Program-made: the position numbers and the translations under genes | In this document: piece by piece, positions 1 through 14,499 of the stretch | Position numbering within the stretch: position 1 is the stretch's first letter | How the letters are laid out: every line of letters starts with the position of its first letter | Notes under the pieces: model-generated | The model's input: only the letters and a program-made list of their open reading frames with translations | The model's database searches: none | What the model was told of the DNA's origin: nothing | Assembly: GCA_036172245.1 (NCBI GenBank) | Contig: JAYWIR010000024.1 | Span: forward strand, 62,001 to 126,000 | DNA from: Raillietiella orientalis | Lineage: Eukaryota | Direction: 5' to 3' | Length of the DNA: 64,000 nt

Positions 1-544
1 CACTGCGTGAATTCGGAACACTCTTCTTTACTGGAATATGTACCTTAATTTTGCAAATGGAGGAGACTTTGAAGGAGATGCAGATGAGACGGTGTCTCGA
101 GTTGGCAACTAGGAGCTCTTCGTGATGAAGTTCCCGTTTGTAGTGTTTGAAACCATGAGCATATCTGCGGTTCATCTCCAAACCGATCGGATGCGGAAGA
201 AGATTCAGTTCCGCACATCGAAGTGGCACGCTTGAGCTCTTCAGCTTCTCCCTGACACGGAACAATTTTTGACACGGAACGATTTCCTGACTTTCTCATC
301 TCGATTATCAAAATGTCTTATCCTACTCAAATGTGGAAGACTCGGATATAGTTGGATCAGAAATCGGAGACGTCATGAGTGATCTTCTACAGAGGTATTC
401 GCATTCAAGAACAAAAGATAAGTTCGAAATGTTTTTCTTGGAGTAGCTGGAGGTGAGAGAATCCGTGTAGTCTCATCTTGGAAGATGGGAAATCAGCTGC
501 ATCCAAACAGTGCTACTGTGTTCAAACCGGAATGTCCATTGTAT

Positions 545-570
545 GTGTGTGTGTGTGTGGGGGGGGGGGG
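545..570. repeat. (GT)n plus G-run microsatellite (mirror at ~34310-34335)
   Basis: tgtgtgtgtgtgtgt followed by a G run. Confidence 0.9.
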
Positions 571-3039
571 CCGCCATACATCTGCATTCGAGAAGACAAG
601 GGAAAATACCATGCAACAGGGTGAGGTTACTGAATGGACACCACATCAGCAAGAATGTGAAAGCAGAGACCAAGGAAGCCCGCGTTCGCTTCCTTGGTCT
701 CTGCTTGGAGCAGAGCCTTTTGCATCGTGGTTCTCTTTCCTGATCCTGCTCTCGTGATTCTTGCAGCATCCACAAACTTCATCATGAGGATGGAAAAACT
801 GCCTTTCTGGGATGGCATCATGCTCGTTCTCGGCAAAGAAAATGTCTCAACCGTGTTGCTTTCACGCCCAACACGGACTGCTTCGTTTTCTTTTCCCTCT
901 CGGTTCGCTGATTTGCTTCCGTCTCTCTTGACGACTCGGTGCTTCCCTGTACATTTGTGGAAGCTGTTGGGGTAACTGAAAAGCGCTACGCAACTGGGAT
1001 GCAGATGCATCAAAGACTTAATTATTCTGCTCTCGTGAAAAACAGCATCTCGTACCACGGCTGGCAATTTCACTTTGTGGTGACAGTTTCCTGATGATGC
1101 CCTCAGTGGAATAGCCATCTGAAACACGGGCAACGAGAATAACGGTCTCCACACTCTTATTCCCTCGCATTCCAAGCGCAATTCTACACTACCATTTTCC
1201 TGCTATGGTCTTTTCCGGTTCTCGACGCTCACGACCAGCCACTGGGGGTGGAGACGGGAAGGAGGAAACGGATCATTGGGAATGTTCACACCTCACGCAT
1301 CTTGCCGGAAAGTCCGTCCACTCTCTAAAAAGCGCGTTTTGATGACACCGTCCCTCAGACACGAGCATCCCGAGATGCAGGTCTTTGGCAACCGGTTCGC
1401 GTTGATGGCGACGCCGAGTGCTGTCTGTGGAAACGCCAAAGAGAGCTGCCGAGAAGCACGTGCCCAATAGGAATCAGTTTGGAAGAGGACGAGCATGAAT
1501 TTGGATGCGCCGTGCCCGAGTGAGCCCGCTTCCTTCCCCACTTTTCCAGTTACCCTGAGCCCGGAAGAACATTCGAACCTGACTCCATTCCCCCGGGAAC
1601 CATTCTTCTCAGTGCCTTCGGGGGATTCTCCAGCGCGAAGCTGCCGCTGCTCGGGTGGCAGCTGTCACTGTCAGCTGGGAAACGCACCCTCTGCGTTTCC
1701 TGTTACGAACCGTTGCGCTCTTTCGCCGCAGGGCGATCGCTTCGAGCGTCGTGGAGAACCGAGAACTCAGCAGCAGGCCTCCCTCTTGTTTCCGCAGCGC
1801 GCAGTTCTACGTCAGACTCTCGTGCTATCCTTCTTCAGCTGCAACTGCACCGCTTTGCTGGAGCTGCGGCACGCCCAAGTTCCACCTCTGCGCGGACGTT
1901 CTCTACGCAAGGGGAGCCGGACTGTGTGAGCAACGGGTGGCAGGGAACCCACAAGCAACATGCGCTGCTGCTCTCGGAAGCGGGAGATGCCGTCCGCGGT
2001 GGGGAAGCGAATCGTCTTTGGCTGCTGCTTGCTGTTTTCACAATCGTTCGATTTGATGCTTTTCGCACGTTTGCAGTCCGAAAAAAAAACCAGCAGCTAT
2101 TTACACAACGAGAAGCACCCAGGGTGATCCTTCCCCCCTAAAAGGATGCCACTCGTTTCGAACGTAGAATGTGGCTTCCCATGGGACAATGCAGCTCTGC
2201 CTTTTGGTGGTAGCATACCATTTTTTCTTCGTCTCCAAGAGATCACATGCAGTATGAAGCACCATTGGTGCTGCTTCCTAGGCGCATGCCATTGCAAATT
2301 CCTGATAAGAATCAGCTCTTTTATGGAGGGTAAATGTAATTACGAATGGAACAGCTGATGACGTCCCCAAATCCACTTTGACTCTCATGTGCTGTTCAAA
2401 GCTTCTTTTCAAACAAAGATTACGTCAATTCGAATATCTGTTAACAAGAACACATCAAAACAAACTCTGATAGTGTGGAAACTTCTGACCGGGCAAGAAA
2501 CACGTTAAAGACGCTACACCCTGCATGACGTGACGACCACGAACAAAAACTGTAGCTGATATGAAAGAAGTTCATACCGGGAAGCATGCGAAGGATGTGA
2601 GCAGCAACGTGCAAGGAAGATCATTGCATTGAGCTCGTAAAATACAATGGTCTCCAAATCTACAACATTCCATTGCCGAATTCACATGTATTTTTAGATA
2701 CACACCGATGTGAAAGAGTTTTTGAATGACTCAAAGGAATATAAAAGACGTGAGACATCAGTACAACTCCTCAGAACGAAGAAGACCGAACAACAAGCTC
2801 TACTACCGCGAAGCAAACGGCATCAGATATTGCACTCGAATGAAAACTTACCCAGGCAGATTGCCATCTCCATACGCAAGGAGGGAACCGAGAAATCCAA
2901 AGGATTCTCAGGAGCACGTGAAATGACACCTTCCAATGTTTTAAAAAATCATGCAGATGATTAGAATTATAGGGTAACGAACCAGGAATTCATAATGCCA
3001 TAGAATAGAACAACCTCCAGAAGATTCTTCAAGATAGAT

Positions 3040-3700
3040 GGTACCCCTGGAGGGGTCCGCCCTATGAATCCAGGAAAGGCTCGGATTCCTTTTGTCTCAC
3101 GCCTGGGGAAGGGATCACCGAAAGGGAATCTCCTTCCTTACTATTTCAGGAGGGACTCCCGGAAAGCAGGGGGGTCCGCTCCATTTTTCTTCTCTGAAGG
3201 AAACCCGGGAAAGGATCCGCTCCTGGAGTTTCTTCTCCGGAGGGATCTCCCGCAAGGGATTCGCTCCTGTTTACTCCTCTGAAGAGAACCTCGAAGGGAC
3301 GCTTCGGAAATTCAGAAGGGCGCTGCTTCTCCGAAGGAAGCGGCTCGCTTTTCTTCGCTCTCTGGAGAGGTGGTGGCGACACACTCACTCCATCAGTCCG
3401 ACGCGGAGGGGTTCCACCCGGAAGGGGGATCCGCTCCTTCACAACCAGATGGGAGCTCCCACTCCGTGATTCCTGGGAGGACCGGAGGTCGACTCCTATT
3501 TGTCCCGGCCCTCGTCGGGGGCATCCGGTTTCAACCGCTACCAGTGCCGCACCCGGTTGAACGTAGTCCAACCAGCGTCATCTTGCGGGAGGAACTCGGA
3601 ACCCACGACGCACTGCGTCGATTCAGATCGGGGTGTTTCGAACCCGCGACTCCTGGTCGTGCCACGTGCGGAGACCGTGACCACACGGCCTCCGACGCGG
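3040..3700 (-). mobile_element. tRNA-headed SINE-like repeat
   Basis: Minus strand begins ccgcgtcggAGGCCGTGTGGtcacgg...GGGTTCGAAAC (box A and box B); body and tail are shared with copies at 47-49 kb and 62 kb. Confidence 0.8.
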
Positions 3701-6065
3701 ATGACATGCTTACTGGACTCGGAAAGAATTCAATTGGTTTGACTGATCTCCACGAGAAAAGGTGCTTCCACGAGGGATGGATCCTCGTTCAAGATTCACA
3801 AGCTACAGGTGAAGCTGCAACGACTCTGTTTCCTCCCTCATCTCGTATTTCAGCATTAATTCGATAGCAGCTCTTGAAAAACACGGTTCCATCAACTCAA
3901 TTTGATAAACGAAGAACCGCACATGCAATGAGGCATCCTTAATCGAAAAGTTTAAATTGTCCACGTGCAGCCATCATTTGCATTTTCGTTGATAATAATC
4001 TGATGACACGAATTCGTTGCCTTTCTGTTTACATCCTGAACATCATCCATAAAACTGCATAGTTTATAGGATTATGAGGACATCGCATGGTCTAAATAAC
4101 CGCTGCACATGCTTCGATGAGGGCTTTTGTCTCTCGCGGAGGAAAAGATCCACCGTTGAAACTTCGATTTCCAGAAAATGCAGCTTGACATCCCGACGTG
4201 ATCTGGATGAAAAATGAGCACAGTTGAACGAAACATGATCGAAGCACGATATGGAACTACCTTTGAGAGCTGCGTGCACCTGAAGAAGTGGCACCCCAGA
4301 TATGAGTTCTCACCAGGATTGCCACCTGCAGAGAAAACACAAAACGATAGGCGTCCTCGATTTAAGCTCATATCTGGACTGCCTCCTCACGGCGACCCCC
4401 TACATCCATATCCGCGCTCGGCCTGAGAGGTTTGAAGAGTTGTCCACACCAAGCTCCCTGCTGAAGAATTCGTATCAGGTAAATATTCATGCAGGCTTTC
4501 TTCCTTTGGTTCTCAACAAGTGACGTTAAAACTAAAGACTGTCACAAGAAAGGAAATGTGCTCTAGCAAACAGCAGTTGGGGTGAACATGCAGTGCTTTG
4601 AGATCTCCCTGCAGCTCAGCACGACTGCAAGTCTTCGTATCGATTGCTCTGAAAGATGAACGGAATAATCCGGGAGCAATTGGTCATAAAAAATGACAAC
4701 GGCGCTGATCCTTCCATGAGTCCACCTGAGCTCAAGATGATGTCGCAGCTTCTCATGGATATGAAACTACATCGAGGACTGCCGCAAGAAGATTCCGAGT
4801 TATAATGAAAAAAATTCCATTCTCCATAGCCTTCCGCATTTCCATGTCATAGCAACTGAGCCCAGAAGAGGTCATGCAACAGAAAGAAGCCACAGATGAA
4901 GAGCGCTTTGCAAGAAGCGTTTCAATTGAAGCTGGGGGTATATAAGCAGAAGAAACTGTCGTGCAGGAAGCACGCTGCATCTGCCGGGGAGTAAACCTGT
5001 GGTGTTTAGGCAGCTTGCACTTCTTTTGCACACTGCAGGAACACTGGGGAAGGTGGTGAGCAAACGGTTGCAGCAAGCTTCACCTTTCGGAACGATCTGG
5101 AAACATCGTCCTGTGACCAAAAAACCTGTTTGGCAAGAGCAGATCTCTCTTCATCCGACTGCACAGGAAAAACCGAACCATTTGGAATCGTTCGGAAACT
5201 TCTGATTCGCAAACCGAGGAATCCTTGAGGAATTCACAGTGTCTTCAACGAACTCATAGCATCACGAGAAAGCAGATGGAAAATGCCGGGCCCTCTTGAA
5301 GGTCGCATTCGCGCTCCTTATGGGACAGCTGGTCGGCGAAATTTTCTCTTCTGTTCTTATTAGCAGAGAAGTCAGCCGGACAGCCTCGTTGGCAGAAAAC
5401 ATCGTACGTTAAGTTACGTTCGATCACTTTCAAAGGAAGCGCAGCAAATTCTCCAAGAACGGCACCTATTGAGCCGGAACAACCGCGTGGGAGAAGCAAA
5501 GAACAGCATCTTTCATGAGGCCTTTTCTCGATTCCTGTAACACCCGAAAGTTCAACCGGTCCTCCTGGAACGGGAGTGGTGTCGTTCTCCCGGTCCACTT
5601 GAAGTGCAACTCGGACTTTGAGCTCTCTTAGGAACCGAGTTCATCCGTGAAGCGAACCTTTGATGGTCGCAACGGCATTCCTGGAAATTTCGTTTCCCAC
5701 CACTTCTCGCTGTGGCTGGCGCAGCGTTTCCGTTCGAAGCACCATTTCAAGTGCTTCCTCCATTTCTCATCCGTTTTCGTTTGCAGGAGGAGACAGGGAA
5801 GCAGCAAGGGAGTGGAAATGAACCATTTTCTGGGATTCCTCTTGGTCCAGGCTGGCTGTTTCCACGGAGAAGCCTCTAGGTAAAACCCTACATCTCATTT
5901 GTTGCTGTGCTCTCATGAAGGAATGTTTGAACGGAATGTGTTTTGGATTCGTCGTTCCCTCTTCTATGACTGTCTAAAATGCAAGGCTTCTAAACACAGC
6001 TCGCGAGCGACTCAATCACCCGTTGGGCGTTCTGAAATGACTGAGGGATCCTTCGATTCCAACTT

Positions 6066-6362
6066 TCAATAGTTGCAAAAATTCTTCCGTTCGATGAGAA
6101 CCTGTGATTTCATTTCTTCTTTATGGACGACTGCCAGCGCGCTTATCGCTTTGAATTCCTTCGAAACCGTTTCTGAGGGAACCAACGTCTTCAGCCCACT
6201 CGGACTTGAGGCCATCATCATTCTTAGTTGCCAATCGCTCCCACTAAGATGCTGCTCTGAATGGAAGTGAGCGGCTACCGTCACCTCGAATGTCTTCCTT
6301 CTTACTGACTTGAGAGTTTGCTGTTTGCAGGCTTTGAAGTTGAGAGCCCTTATAGTGGACAA
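6066..6362 (-). mobile_element. Possible hAT transposase C-terminal remnant (mirror at 28518-28814, +)
   Basis: LKTLVPSETVSKEFKAISALAVVHKE resembles the hAT dimerisation pattern LKT.LR.T....RL..LA.L.I. Confidence 0.3.
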
Positions 6363-7147
6363 ATTCCATTCGGAGATGCAAGCAGAGCACTGCAGGATTC
6401 CAATGTCCGGCTTGCTTTATTATAGACATAGAGGGGCTAACGGTCTCCCGAATTTTTGGAAACTCACTCCTTTCACATCAAAAATCAATAAACGTACATT
6501 TTCCTTCTCGTCTTCATCCGAATGTTTCTGAATGAGTGTTTCTGAATGAATGTTTCTTTTCTAACATCAGCACAGGGAAGGGTCAGAGTTCACTTTTCAT
6601 GCCTCGTTTGATCTGCGGGATTTCGTGATTGCACAGGATGATGACGACCACACAGCTTTTCGATGGTGGTTCGTCTACTCCGTTGAGAAAGTTTAAAGAG
6701 TGAAGGGTGTCACCAAATTTTTCGACAACGACTAGGAGCTGGGGAGATTGCTTTACTATAATCAAAATGCCGTCGTTAACGGTGGGATGTAGAGACAGTT
6801 TTGTTAGAATTGGAGACGATACGGAATTCTATTATCTCAGAATAGGGAAGACCTATTCGAGAACTGTTCCGACAGGTCAAAGTTCATCGTGTGTTTATCG
6901 TGAGAGACATGCCTTGCGCGATGCCTTACGCTTTTGCATGTGTGCGGAAGGACCAAAAGCGAACGTTTGCAAAGACTGCGTGTGGAATTTGTGGACATTC
7001 ACTGCTGAGTTTTTCTCTTCTTGTAGCGGAACAACTACGTGAAGGCGTATTCGGGAAACCTTCGTCAGGAAGTGCACCTCGCACCAAGTGCGCGTTCCTT
7101 TCTGATGGTAGTTGGTACTCATGATAACGATCCATCTGAAGATCAAA

Positions 7148-7190
7148 CTCACGGTCAGTACTCACGGTCCTGTTTCTTGTACTCACGGTC
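7148..7190. repeat. Short direct repeat ACTCACGGTC x3 (mirror at ~27690-27732)
   Basis: actcacggtc agt actcacggtc ctgtttcttgt actcacggtc. Confidence 0.8.
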
Positions 7191-10100
7191 CCATTCTGAG
7201 GATCGGAATAATGCTAGATCTTTCTTTCTAGGTGAAACTCATGGATACAGCAAGGAGGCTTCAAGTACATTCACGTTGATAAATCTGGAGAAACCTGCTC
7301 CAGTGTTGTCTGGGAAGCTTGTGGGACAGGAAGAGATGCAAGTGCGTCCTCATAGAAATGGTGACATGCCCACGAAAGAGTCCGTTTGATTGCTTCTGCT
7401 TCGAGTTCTCGCTTTCCGATGGAGTTTTTCGCTGTCCTGCTGACTCTGAGGTGTCGAAACTCTCTTCTCGGAGTTCGGGATTCGAAGCAAACCTCCGAGA
7501 GCCTTTGACACCTGAGAGTGACCGAACCTCGCCGCTTCCGTCTCACAAAATCACGACTGAACCGTGCGATTCCGTGTGCGTCTGCGCGTTTCGTTTCGAG
7601 GAAGTCTTTTTGGAGATCTGAACCTCTTCCGCGTGGGGACAAGAAGAAAGAAATTCTGATCGTTTCTGTTGAGAAATGCACTTGTTGTGTCCTTCCAGTT
7701 CGGGAACCACCATTTTGAGGCTAACTTCACCTTAGCGAGAAGGGAGCTGAGTAAACATTTTGGAGATCTTTATGACGGATTTGATGGATTTCTTGGATTA
7801 GCACCTCCCTCACGGTGCAAGAGCTGCATCCCACTAGGTTTCATGCATGCGTTTAAGAACCTGCTGCCATTTGAGCAAGGTTTGAAGTTCAGATTTCGCT
7901 GGCACAGGTGAGATACATGAAAAATCTCAATCCTTTTTATAATAAAGTTCACACGCTGCTCTTACAAAAAAGCCTCGAGCGAAGATCAATTTGATGCTTC
8001 CATGAGAAAGAGGAGCCCTCATGGGTAACAGGAAAGAAACTGCGCACCTTGCTTCTGGCGCACTCCACGTTGAAGTACCGCGCACTTTTCGCTCTGCAAA
8101 TTCCTTGGTCGATGTCCCGTTCCCAGGCGCGGGCACCTGAACTGTCGGGAACCTTGCAGTGGGCTCGACACGAGCAGTTGAACACTGAAGAACGTCGAGC
8201 GGCCCAACATTAACGAGCGCGCGCGCTGACCGAATCTCTGAGACGGCGAGCAGACCTCGGTTTCGAGCGCCCTTCTTTCGGGTGCGGCTCGAGAACTCAC
8301 GGGGAGAGAGCAACAAATTCAGGGCTTCTTGAAGTTTTCGGGTGGAAGGCCGTCGCAGCTGTTCCTTTCGAACGCGCGGTTTTTTCGCATTTCCGCGAGG
8401 CTTCGGTTCGGGCCGGCATTCACGGCGGGCCGGAAAAGTCAACAGTCTGCCTTGCTTGGCCCGAAGGCGTTGGCAGGGTAACCCGTCAGCGGATATGCAG
8501 AAGCTTCCGCAGATCCGGCAGCATCAGCGTGCATCCGAATGCAGAGTTTGCTCTGCGTGGCAGAAAGAATTGCCGGCCACTCGCAAGACGTCCTTGAAGA
8601 GCACTCCGCGTCCTTGCTAACCCTGGAGAGGGTTGCTCTCGCGCCAATTCGGCGAAATTGGCTGCCTTTCCGATCAGGTCGGGAGCACTCGAAACGCCAA
8701 TTCGGCAGGAATGCGGGGTGCCACCAGGGACCACTAACATGGAGGAGGGTTGTTTCTTGCACACGCCCATCGCTGAAAGGCGACGTCCACGCCGGATTCG
8801 ATTTGACTCCGCGCACCCTGGCGAAGGGGCTGCATCGGTGGGGGATCAGATGATGAGTGTGCCCCCCCGACGACCCCGTGGGTCCTCCCTCGTGTTGGAA
8901 CACTTCAGCGTCTCCGGCAAAGAGGAAGCGCGAGGTGGCGCTGTTGGTTCTGCATCGAGGCCATCAGCACCTCACCTCCGCGACAGCTGCATCCCCGAAC
9001 TGCGCCAGCCGTAGGATTGCAATGTTGCATTGTCTTCGTGGGACATCGAGTCCTTCGTTTTTCTGCGCACAGCAAAATGACACAGAAACGTGTTCCCATA
9101 GAGACGGAACTACGCTCGGCAGGGAATTAAAGGAACTGCTCACATGGACTTTCCCTGCTGCGATACGAACTTTCGAAGGAACTATTTTGTTTGGAAGGAT
9201 GAGCAGCTGAACTCCCATCATTCCCTTTTGTATGCTCCATCTTCCTGTTTCATTCTGAAGGACTTTCTTCATTGGTTGCCTCATTCGTGCACACCCGCGT
9301 GCAGATTTCATTTTGGTTCTTTTTCTGTTCATCTCAGTCCCCGAGCCAGAGCAGCTAAGCAAAATCCAAACTCACGAAGAGATGATGGAAAACAAAGTAA
9401 CTGGGTCTTCCTTTCCCTCTGCTTCGAGCTGATTTCCATCAGTCTCTTGTCTAAATCTTTCGACAGCAAAAATGGATGCACCACTGGTATGAGGGATATG
9501 GCAGAAGACTTCAATCTTCAGGCTGGAACTACTTAAGGAGTTCGAAAATGATTGAAATTGTCTTTGAAATGAATTTTCCGAAGAGACAAAAATGATTAGT
9601 TCTGCGGAAGGGCATGTGGCTCGATCCTACATGTTTACACGGTGCCTTATTGTTCTCCCAATGTCACCTGCACGAAACATCAAGATGACGAGTACTAGGC
9701 AGAACAGATGTGCTTCCAAGAAGTAGACCATCCGTGTGTTTTCATTTGTTTCCAAAAACCAATCGTGAATTGGCAGCACATAACTATGAATGGATGGTTG
9801 TTAGGACAAAGATCAAACTCCCTCAGGAGTGGAGAACTGGAAATGCGAGATGACCTTACATAGACAAGGTTTCCAAGAAGCTGGAAAGATGCAACGGCAA
9901 TTCGAGCAGCCTCGACCGAATCCAGGCCAACCTGCAGGAACGGTATGAAGTGCACGCGAGTAGAACTCGAAAGATCTGGAAAACAAAAACACAGAAAATG
10001 ACGAGTTTTGGTTTGCTAAGCTTAGAGTATGCCAGCCAGAGTCGATCAGAACTGGGAACTTCATCCAGGGAGATTCTGTTGAGCAGCCACGAGTTAAAAT

Positions 10101-11099
10101 GTAGGAATGGGGATCGCTCAGCCAGCTTACGCTTCACCGCGTTCATCAGTTTTCTTCTTCTCCATCTCACATCACACCGCATTTCTCGATCTATTCTCAA
10201 GAACGCAGCTTTCGCGGTGGTCTCTTGAATTTACTGAAAGGACTCTCTTCTTTCACAGACATGTGAATTTCCGTCTTTGAAAAGATCGATGACGGTGAAT
10301 GTTGGCAACTTCTAATCGATTTCACCCAACTTGCAGACAACCAAAAGCAGACCATGAAGTTGGAAACATCACCATAGGATTCCACTGAAGGACCTCGCTT
10401 CTGGAGATACCCTCATCCAAAGTACGTCATTGGACTATTGGTTGTTCCCGATAGAGTCGTAAGGGATTGCAGAAAGATGTGCTGTCAGACTGCTGATCAT
10501 CTTTTTCAGAGTAAGTTTCGATTCGACAGCACTCTGCTACGAAAATTGTATTTCAATTTTCGATTTCGAAAAAGCGGGTCTTTTTCTTTCGGAAACATCC
10601 TATTCGCGTGTCACTAAACGAATAAAAAAAGTGTATCGGGAATACGTAGATGAATCATCGACGGTAGGTAATAGCTGTCGGTAGATTTGCATCCACAAGA
10701 CTGCTAGATACCTTGTTCCAAGGCTAAGAAGACACTATATTTCACCATCATCATGAACAATCGGCTATTCAGCTTTACTCTTAAAGATCTTGTGATGAAG
10801 GTAACTTGGCAAGGAGCATTCAGAAGGCCTGAGAAAGAGAGACGATTTCAGGTGGATTCAGAGAGTGGTGCACAAGATGACTGCAGAATAATGATCCACA
10901 TGAACCAAGAGCTGAAAAATCATCAAGTACAAATGGGAACCTTCTTTCTAAGAAGGAATCCAGTGGACTTCTTGCTCGCGAATAGGCAGATTCTCGTGCA
11001 TCCTACAGTATATTAATAAAAAAAAAAACATTCCCTACTGACGCAAAATAAAAGCGATTTCGTTCAACACCATGCATGCTTACACACGTTTATTCCTTC

Positions 11100-11720
11100 T
11101 TGTTCCAATTAAACAAAAGCAGATACTCAGGAAAAATTACAAATACAAATTCTCAGCATGGGAAAAGATCCACCACTCGAGGGAGGCGGAGTACGCCTGC
11201 CTCTGGAAAAGAAGATACAACTCGATAGCTGCTGCCGAAGATCGCGTGCAACCCACGCAAGCTGATGTGGGGGCTTCGATCACACCTGCCCCCCCCCCCC
11301 TGTCCCAGTGCTGCTCCGCCTGAGGGAATCAAGGAACGGAGACCTTCCGGCAAAGTGGGAAGTGTCCACCTACATTGCAGAAAGAATGAAACTGCTATGT
11401 GCGTGGATAACTCGGCAGGTCACCGATGCTGCGACTCCGAATGTCCATCCGAAAGCACTGTCACGCTAGGGCGAGCTGCTCGCGAAACCTCCGGAGGAGG
11501 TGGATGGCCCCCCGCGGGAGTTGGCGTTGCTGGTGCTGCTATGCAAACCACGGCTTGGAATTGGAAACTTGCTTGCCCACGGAATCACCTCCCTCCCCGG
11601 AGAGGGCATGGAGTGCTGCAGTGGCGATCTCATCGCCAATAGCCACAGCAGAATAGAGGGCGTACGAAGCTACCGGGTACAACCCCTCACTACTGTATAA
11701 GGTAGGTGGTCTCTGTTTTT
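11100..11720 (+). mobile_element. Possible LINE 3' remnant (mirror at ~23160-23780)
   Basis: WEKIH...LWKRRYNSI...DR followed by PCPS...HLHC resembles a decayed zf-RVT region. Confidence 0.3.
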
Positions 11721-12699
11721 CTCTTTTTCTCTGGAGCTCAAAAAATCAAAGATTCCCGAGAAAGACGCACTTGACCTCCCCATCCGTAGCGAGGGACAGC
11801 TCGTTGAGCTGAACTGCAGAAGTGAAAAGCTCACTCAACGGCTGCTGAGAGCCCCCATCACAAAGGGGGGGGGGGTCAAAAACTTCACCTCTTTATGCCT
11901 ACGAAGGCTTTTCCGGGGTATTTGGTAGCCCTGCTGCAGATCACGGTCCGCGAGGATAATGTATTGCCTAACGAACTGCAGGTAAGTGCAGAATTCATTC
12001 ACCTATGGTATGTATGAAAGCCCAAATACTCTGGACACTGAAAGACACTTCAAAAAAAAAAAGGAACCCGAAATGGAGTGATGTGCAAAGGGCACACGCG
12101 AATTTTTGCCTCGAAAAGAACGCCCGCGATGCATAGGTTCCATGCACACGCATACGACTCCTCCTCGAAGATACTACCGCTCCCTCACACCTACTCTTCC
12201 TGGAGCGAAGCGGCATAGCCTCTTGCCTTCAAAGCAACTGAGCTCCCAATGAACTCATGTAACAAGAAACAACCACTTTTCAATCCATTATGCTTACAGA
12301 ATCACGTACCTCAAGCTCGATTCACCCCTACACACTTCAGGAATAACGGACGTCACTGTCCCGCGCTCGCACAGGCGAAGGACCATGGACGAAGCAAATT
12401 ACCTCGGGATCCACACCAGGAACGGTCAGAAGAGATCGCAGGGGACGAGCTGTTTACGGTGTAGTTCCACAGTGGACACCTGGGGTGCCACGGTCTCCTT
12501 CGGCCAAGCGTCGCAGTTCCAGCAGCGGCACGAGAGTAGCAGGTGCTGCTGAAGCACCGGGGTCAATCGTTTGAAAGGATCCCTCATCTATGAAATTCTT
12601 CGAGCACCAGCACCAAGAAAATTTTGCGTCTCCCTTGTCACCCCACGTCTCTCATAGAATTTCACACTGTACCAAATCAATCAACAGACCCTCTGGTGC

Positions 12700-13524
12700 A
12701 CAGTTCTCCAACGAAACGAGCAAGAAGTTCAACGGGAGCGTTCGCAGACGAGCTGGCTGTAGGGAGCCCAGAGTGCGGAAGGTGGATATCGATGGCTGAA
12801 GAAACAAAGGAACGGAGCGTGAGTTTAGGGTTCTCTGGCATCATGCAATCGTTTCTCCTTGTAACCGTCGTAGATGACGGCGAACTTCCAGACGAAGTCA
12901 ATTGGATGAAGCGCATTTCGACGGCTGCCCTTCCCTTCGCGATGCCCGAAACTCGAACAGCAGGTGACGGGCTGTGGCGAAGACGCGGATGCAGCAGCTC
13001 GTTGAAGCCACGTCGCTCACCGACAGTCAGGAATTACCGCAGCAATTCCTTGGCGCTGTTCTCCATGTACAGCAGCGCCGAAGACAGCCGCCACCACGGT
13101 TTCTAAATTCGCCTCAGTGCAAAGGGAGTTGCGAGAACCGTCGCACCTTAGCTTGAATCGTTCTGCAACGACACTCCCGCGGAAGTCGAGGATTGCACTG
13201 AAGACCTCGGTGCGCAAACCGCAGTCATCCTGCTTCTATTTCAAGGAGAACATTGGACCTTCCTCTCACAGCAGAGGACTTACATGCTCTTCAGGGGTCT
13301 GTCTCGGCGATTTCGGCCACCGAAGGAGCCCCTTCTCCAAGAAACTTGGGGAGGAGGCGTTTTCTCTCCCGTTTGCAATCCAGCGCACAGGAATTGTAGC
13401 AGCGTTCACGGAACAACGCATGCTGGTAAAGCACCTGCGTTGCAGGAAGACTCATGGTGGTTGTTCGTGCAGATGTCGAGATAGCGGGTCCACGAGATGC
13501 TCCTACCCTAGGGATAAGGGATAA
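12700..13524 (+). mobile_element. Possible Gypsy gag-protease remnant (mirror at ~21356-22180, -)
   Basis: In order: RMQQLVEATSLTDSQELPQQFL (gag-like), CFYFKENIG, and DSGSTRCSYP (aspartic protease D[ST]G-like). Heavily frameshifted. Confidence 0.35.
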
Positions 13525-14499
13525 GGAAGCTTCTTCCTAGCACCGCTGGTTCGAGGAAGACTCGAATTGGCCGTCCACAAACTTCTAGTACTTTCGATGA
13601 AGTGTCGCTGTGCTGTGCTTGTGGGAAAGGTTTCTCCTGAGCCTCGAGACGTCCCAGGAACAGGAAGCTGGGCAGAACTTTGCAACTGCAGAAGGAAGCG
13701 GCGAGTGGTCCCTCGAAACTGCTCAAATGGCCTCGTGCTTTCCCTTGCATATTCGCGTTGCTATGAGTTGACTGCACTGGCGTGAACCATGCCCTAGGGA
13801 TGTTCCCTTCTATCAGTCAGAGATCGAGGATCTCGTGACCCCTTCCAAGATCTTGAGTGACGGCGGTTTCAAGCGAGCGTGCGCCTCAACACCCCTGCGC
13901 GCAGCGTAGCGACCCTATTACTCGTTGCTACTTAAGCAGCCAACCGTTGCTCGGAAGGAACAACAGAGGCTGTCGTAGACACAAATTCACGGGAAGAAGC
14001 ACTCTTGCAACGATGGGTTGCATTCACGTCAGCGTGGACAGCCTATTATTCTTGCAGTTCCGGTCTCATCGGAAAGAGGTCACTTGAATGGTAGCCCTGT
14101 GCCTGAAGGCGGCTGTGAGGGGATATCTGCAAAAAAAGGTCAACTCGGATGTCATCTGCATTCTGAGTCGGTGCGGAGCAAAAACAAGCAATCGAAAACA
14201 ACCATACCTGTCCCCACACCGCCCTAATTTATTCATGTATTGTTTTTTTTCTTTCTTGTTCTCACGACTTTGATAACCAACCTGCTTGTCGGTAAACCCG
14301 TTTCTTGCGCTCCATTTCTTTGTTTGCTTCGAGAGCTTTGTTCTTGAGCTGACTGTTTATTTGTTTCAAAGAAGGTCCCTGGAGCGACCTTCTCATTCTG
14401 CATAGCCAGACTTTTCATTTCAAGTTATGTAAATCCCGGAAGACCCTGGAAAGCAAAATCCTGGGTGTGCACATTGAATTCATGGAGGCCAAGGGAGCA

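Larger units (their letters stand above)
1..13881 (+). repeat. Left arm of a large inverted duplication (runs off the window start)
   Basis: Reverse complement of 20999-34879. Position 1 (cactgcgtgaattc) pairs with 34879, and the ORF track is mirrored with coordinate sum ~34880. Confidence 0.98.
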